Positions 58,365-64,000 of a stretch of 64,000 nt of DNA are shown here, piece by piece. Both the position numbers and the translations under genes were made by a program. Numbering within the stretch: position 1 is the first letter of the stretch; each line of letters begins with the position of its first letter. The stretch is taken from assembly GCA_051362555.1 (NCBI GenBank), contig CM120644.1, forward strand, positions 25,504,534-25,568,533, given 5' to 3'. Source of the stretch: Lingula anatina (taxonomy: Eukaryota > Animalia > Brachiopoda). The notes beneath the pieces were generated by a model. The model was not told the DNA's origin. It was given only the letters and a program-made list of their open reading frames with translations, and did not search any database.

Positions 58365-58815
58365 TACCTGCCCTGTCCTCCATCTTAACTCAACATACAT
58401 ACCAACACCTATCCTGTCCTCCATCTTAACTCAACATATATACCAACACCTACCCTGTCCTCCATCTGAACTCAACATATATACCAACACCTATCCTGTC
58501 CTCCATCTTAACTCAACATATATACCAACACCTACCCTGTCCTCCATCTTAACTCAACATATATACCAACACCTACCCTGTCCTCCATCTTGTTGTCTAT
58601 ACACAGACCATGTCCTGTCTCTAGATACAGTGAGTATAAACATACGTACTAATACCTACCCTGTCCTCCATCTTGTTGTCTGTACACAGACCATGTCCTG
58701 TCTCTAGATACAGTGAGTAGAAACATATGTACTAATACCTACCCTGTCCTCCATCTTGTTGTCTATACACAGACCATGTCCTGTCTCTAGATACAGTCAG
58801 TAGAAACATATGTAA
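58365..58815. repeat. ~42-bp and 83-bp repeats duplicating an ELP2 exon end and donor
   Basis: Minus strand ...CAAGATGGAGGACAGG|GTAGGT; the 83-bp unit encodes MFLLTVSRDRTWSVYRQQDGGQ. Confidence 0.9.
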
Positions 58816-61800
58816 CTAGAGGATCAGAGAGGCGATACCGCCTCCGAATATTGTACCACCAGCTGGAGTAAGCGCATTCGCATGGAACCCCCCCCCAAAA
58901 CAAAAAAGGGACACTATCACCAACTCTTGTGCTTGACAAGCTCTATAAAATGCAATCAACAAGAGTTCTCAAAATATGCAAAAAATATAACTAAAAATGG
59001 TACAATCAAGCAGATTTTCGAATTGACCTGCATTTTCCTACCATTGATCACTCGTGATTCTCTAGACAAAAAGCCTATTGGTTTTCCTTGAAATGTGTTG
59101 TCAGTGGTGCATATATGCTGACAAAAGAGAAAACCTAGGGGCAACACCGAGCACATCTCTCCTAGTTTTGAAGATATGAGGGGCAAGAAAATATACAAAG
59201 CTCAGTTCATGGTGAAAAAGTAGGTCAAAGGTCAATTTCAATATCATTGTATATAAATTTCTATTCAAGTTCAATAGTAACCATGGGCATTTCTTTGCCA
59301 ATTTTGCAGATTTAAAAGCCAGAAAAAATGCAAAAAGCAGTTCATCATAAAAAGTAGGTCAAAGGTCAATTTCAAGGTCACAGTAAAATTACCAGTATAA
59401 AACTTCCTATTCAACTTCAATAGTAACTATGGACCTATCTCTGCCAGTTTTGAAGATAAAGGGGAACGGACATTTGCAAAGTTCAGTTAATGGTGAAAAG
59501 TAGGTCAAAGGTCAATTTAAAGGTCATAGTAAATTGCCTCTAATGACTTTCTATTCAAATTCAATAGTAACCATGGGCGTAGCTTTGCCAGTTTTGAAAG
59601 TATAAGCATTAAAAAGTTGCAAAGTTCAGTTTATGGTGTAAAGTAGGTCAAAGGTCAATTTCAAGGTCACAGTAAGATTACCAGTATAAGACTTCCTATA
59701 TTCAACTTCAACAGTAACTATGGACCTATCTCTGCCAGTTTTGGAGATAAAAGGGAACCAAAATTTGAAAGTTCATTTCATGATGAAAAGTAGGTCAAAG
59801 GTCAATTTCAAGGTCACACTTAGATTGCCTGGATATGACTTCCTATTCAAGTTCAATAGTAAGTATGGACCTATCTCAGCCAGTTTTGGTGATAAAAGGG
59901 AACGGAAATTTGCAAAGTTCAGTTAATGGTGAGAAGTAGGTCAAAGGTCAATTTTAAGGTCATAGTAAATTGCCTCTAAAGACTTTCTATTCAATTTCAA
60001 TAGTAACTATGGACATATCTTTGCCAGTTTTGAAAGTATAAGCATTAAAAAAGTTGCAAAGTTCAGTTTATGGTGTAAAGTAGGTCAAAGGTCAATTTCA
60101 AGGATACAGTAAGATTACCAGTATATGACTTCCTATTCAACTTCAATAGTAACTATGGGACTATCTCTGCCAGGTTTGGCGTTAAAAGGGAAAGAAATTA
60201 GCAAAGTTCAGTTCATGATAAAAAGTAGGACAAAGGTCAATTTAAAAGTCACACTTAGATTGCCAGTATGACTTCCTATTCAAGTTCAATAGTAACTATG
60301 GACCTATCTCTGCCAGTTTTGGAGATAAAAGGGAACGAAATTTGCAAAGTTCAGTTAATGGTGAAAAGTAGGTCAAAGGTCAATTTAAAGGTCACAGTTA
60401 GATTGCCAGTATATGACTTCCTATTCAAGTTCAATAGTAACTATGGGCATTTCTTTGCCAGTTTTGGAGATATAAGGGACTTAAACGTTGCAAAGTTCAG
60501 TTCATAGTGAAAAGTAGGTCAAAGGTCAATTTCAAGGTCACAGTTAGATTGCCAGTATGTGACTTCCTATTCAACTTTAATAGTAACTATGGACATATCT
60601 CTGCCAGTTTTGGAGATATACGGTAATGTGCCAAGCATTTCGACGGGCCCAGTCAATCCGACCACAAAAATTATTTTATAAAATTAATTTTTCTGGGCTC
60701 AAACATTTAGTCCATACGTCAAAATCATGCGACAGAATTTTTTTCTTGTTCCGATTGTTCGACCACATCGTCGGCAAGACTCGGTAAATTTTAAAGCCAG
60801 TGAAATAGATGCTGCATGCCTCGACCCTTTGTCAATTGTTGTCCTTTCAATAGCTCTCGTAAATGAGGAATAAACAATTAATTGAAGATCTAATCTGGAA
60901 GCATGACGTACCTGTCATTTCCTTTGACCCCGATGACAATAATAGTGCTTATAGACATACAAATTGTGCTAATTAAGCAGACTTGCCCTTGCTGACTGAT
61001 TCATCACGCCCGTAACTGGGGAGGGGGGGGGTTAAAAAGTCTATTCTGGATGAAACCAAATATCGACAGTGGGTAGAATATGTCGTAAACACCTTCATAT
61101 AGACCTATATAGCGTTTGTTAGCAATAAAAGAATAAGCAATTTTATTTTCAAGTTCGATTGAAATATATATGCAGATGGGGAAACGTTCTTGAAGTCAAC
61201 ACCGCAAGATCTTACATTTACTACAATCGACTGAAAGATCAGTGGGATCGACCGCCCAGACTTCTTGGCGCCAAATACCACGCGCTATCAAAATCTGACG
61301 AACACGTGTAGCTGTTCACCTACATGGATAACTGATTTGTCAACAATAAAAATGACGTCTTCCGCAACTCCATGGGAGCTTCATAGAGAATTCCACTGGG
61401 TATTTACGTTACCTGTGAGTCACTTTCTATTTCCCCAGATGCATGAAATGTTGATAATATTTAGCGCAATCCACGAAGAAACTCCATTCCTGTGACCCCC
61501 TCCCCTAAAATGGGACCGTCTTCATTAACATGTGGTTTGTGCTATGCTGGAACAGACCAGATAAAACCAGTCTCTCATTTCTGCATGTGCTCAATTCTCA
61601 CGTTAAATTATAAATGCAACTGTTTTGTAAAATGTATGGCAATTAAATGCTTTTTTACGTTCGGGTTGTATCAGTGGGGTTTTCAATATGCACCGTGGTT
61701 TGTGCACACCGAGAGTATATAAGTAAGAAAATCGGAAGAGTGCCAGCAAGATACTGTATGTCTATCGGCACAGGTAGGCTGCGTATTTTGCCTTTTCTCA

Positions 61801-62937
61801 ATGTTTTAATATGACATGCATTTTAAATAAAAAAATTAAAGGTAATTTGAAGTTACACTGATTTCCGTTTGAGTACCAGTTGGTATTCTTTGATACGGGT
61901 GATTGAATTTTCTTCGGAAGTACGTACGTCTATGCCTCAACGCTGAGCAAGCCTTGGAGGATTGAAAACAACTGATCTCAGACTGGTTAAAAAAATTCAA
62001 TTCGGTTGATTTCTGTTGTCATATTAAAATTCAAATAGGGCGTACGTAGATCACATAACTAGTTTAAGTCCACTAAAGCTACCGGTTTCAAATATAAGTG
62101 ACCAGCCTTTGTTTACAACACCTGTACGTCTCCGGGGTGAAGCGCATCATGAAAATGATCGTAGGTGAGGGAAATATATAATTAGAAATTATAATTGTCG
62201 TCTTTTTTAATGTTAAGTAATGTTAGCACATATTGTACACAGCAAAATAAGATTTCAGAAGGAGGACAGAACATGCCTGAAACACGTGTTAGGCGAAAAT
62301 TGCAGCTTATCTTGCGTAACACTTCCGGTAAAATGCAATACTTCCGGAAAGATGGACGTTTTGGCAGATGCCCCTAACAATTCGACGATATCAAAGGTTT
62401 CCATTTGCTGTATTTTAATCAATTCGACCAAACTGACATTTCCATGAAATTAATTAATTAATCTTGGTCGAATTGTTTGGCATATTACCGTAAGGGACTA
62501 AATGTTTCAGTTTTGGAGTTACAATAATGTGCCATAAATTTTCTACAGAAAAAATTAATTAAAATAAAGAAAAGGTCATTTTGGTTGAAATTCTTGAAAT
62601 GGGAGGTGCTCAGAAGTTCCAGATGTTCAAATTTCATGAAATAATGTCATTTTTGACCAGAAGTTGTCTGCCTCGCCAAGCCTTATGTTTTATTTTCCCG
62701 AAGTTCAAAATTTGTTATCCATTACCGTATTGCACATTTTGCTTTCACCACCACAATGTACTTTTTGATACAGCATAACTCAAAAACCGTATGGAATACA
62801 AAAAAACGGAGACCACCCCCAGTGTTGGGCTTTACATGCTCTACAAAATGCAAAAAAGAATGGGTCTCTAGCATTAACGGTTCCCGAATTAGAGACAGTT
62901 TTCAGTTTCGTTATATTATGGCCGCTACTCCTGGACT
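58816..62937 (-). mobile_element. Non-autonomous Helitron/Helentron-like element with an internal ~145-bp tandem array
   Basis: Minus-strand 3' end CTAG|T at 58816 with hairpin GAGGCG-ATAC-CGCCTC (58829-58844) ~10 nt inside; ~10 copies of an AAGTAGGTCAAAGGTCAA..TTCCTATTCAA..AGTAACTATGG unit at 59200-60620; possible sub-TIR pair at ~58860 and ~62925. No RepHel ORF; far boundary approximate. Confidence 0.72.
60621..62490. mobile_element. Tc1/mariner-like non-autonomous element (1870 bp, TA TSD) nested in the Helitron-like array
   Basis: TIRs CGGTAATGTGCCAAGCATTTCGAC / GTCGAATTGTTTGGCATATTACCG, TA on both sides; the empty site GGAGATA-TA-AGGGAC is seen in the neighbouring unit at ~60466-60480. 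Confidence 0.82.
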
Positions 62938-64000
62938 ATTTAACACAATAATTTAAATGCATTCAAAAAGGAAAAGTAACTTTTTTTCAAACATAACTGG
63001 CCTTATCTTTTAACTGTCTTTAATTTTAAATTCATTTCTGTTGGCGCTGTTAATACCTGCCCTGTCCTCCATCTTAACTCAACATACATACCAACACCTA
63101 TCCTGTCCTCCATCTTAACTCAACATATATACCAACACCTACCCTGTCCTCCATCTGAACTCAACACTTATACCAACACCTATCCTGTCCTCCATCTTAA
63201 CTCAACATATATACCAACACCTACCCTGTCCTCCATCTTAACTCAACATATATACCAACACCTACCCTGTCCTCCATCTTGTTGTCTATACACAGACCAT
63301 GTCCTGTCTCTAGATACAGTGAGTATAAACATACGTACTAATACCTACCCTGTCCTCCATCTTGTTGTCTGTACACAGACCATGTCCTGTCTCTAGATAC
63401 AGTGAGTAGAAACATATGTACTAATACCTACCCTGTCCTCCATCTTGTTGTCTGTACACAGACCATGTCCTGTCTCTAGATACAGTGAGTAGAAACATAT
63501 GTACTAATACCTACCCTGTCCTCCATCTTGTTGTCTGTACACAGACCATGTCCTGTCTCTAGATACAGTGAGTAGAAACATATGTACTAATACCTACCCT
63601 GTCCTCCATCTTGTTGTCTATACACAGACCATGTCCTGTCTCTAGATACAGTCAGTAGAAACATATGTAACTAGAGGATCAGAGAGGCGATACCGCCTCC
63701 GAATATTGTACCACCAGCTGGAGTAAGCGCATTCGCATGGAACCCCCCCCCAAAACAAAAAAGGGACACTATCACCAACTCTTGTGCTTGACAAGCTCTA
63801 TAAAATGCAATCAAAAAGAGTTCTCAAAATATGCAAAAAATATAACTAAAAATGGTACAATCAAGCAGATTTTCGAATTGACCTGCATTTTCCTACCATT
63901 GATCACTCGTGATTCTCTAGACAAAAAGCCTATTGGTTTTCCTTGAAATGTGTTGTCAGTGGTGCATATATGCTGACAAAAGAGAAAACCTAGGGGCAAC
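62938..64000. repeat. Second copy of segment 58250-59145 (ELP2 intron, exon-end repeats and Helitron-like 3' end); runs off the window
   Basis: Near-identical from TTTAACACAATAATTTAAATGC onward; five 83-bp units versus three in the first copy; a few substitutions. Confidence 0.93.

Noticed and set aside
58573-58815. Complete ELP2 exon within the 83-bp repeats
   Set aside because: Each copy holds only the 3' part of the exon and lacks a credible acceptor; the full exon is expected beyond position 64000.

Overview
Eukaryotic (animal, probably marine invertebrate; taxon is inferred only) genomic DNA, AT-rich and intron- and repeat-rich. Genes reconstructed by hand from splice sites and motifs: (1) a 6-exon secreted proteinase K-like subtilase (S8A; 424-3815, +); (2) a large Cys-rich exon with a somatomedin-B-like motif, of the type found in invertebrate family-2/adhesion-GPCR ectodomains (~12121-13664, -); (3) a 20-exon transmembrane channel-like (TMC) gene (18815-52199, +; 3000 nt, all phases consistent); (4) three single-coding-exon rhodopsin-class peptide-receptor-like GPCRs on the opposite strand inside the 17.4-kb TMC intron 5, one frameshifted and one whose stop codon comes from a MITE; (5) the 3' exons of ELP2 (-), whose last intron is U12-type. 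Mobile DNA: an IS3EU-like element with a 6-bp TSD, two EnSpm/CACTA-like elements sharing an inverted core, Harbinger-, Kolobok- and Tc1/mariner-like non-autonomous elements, a 5'-truncated RTE LINE, and a Helitron/Helentron-like element duplicated head-to-tail with ELP2 exon-end fragments. The most striking pattern is that many exon boundaries of TMC, ELP2 and the Cys-rich gene have been amplified into minisatellites made of the splice site plus adjacent exon and intron sequence. This creates up to ~30 decoy splice sites per junction, and in the TMC model the exon-proximal copy gives the intact protein. No rRNA, tRNA or CRISPR was recognised.
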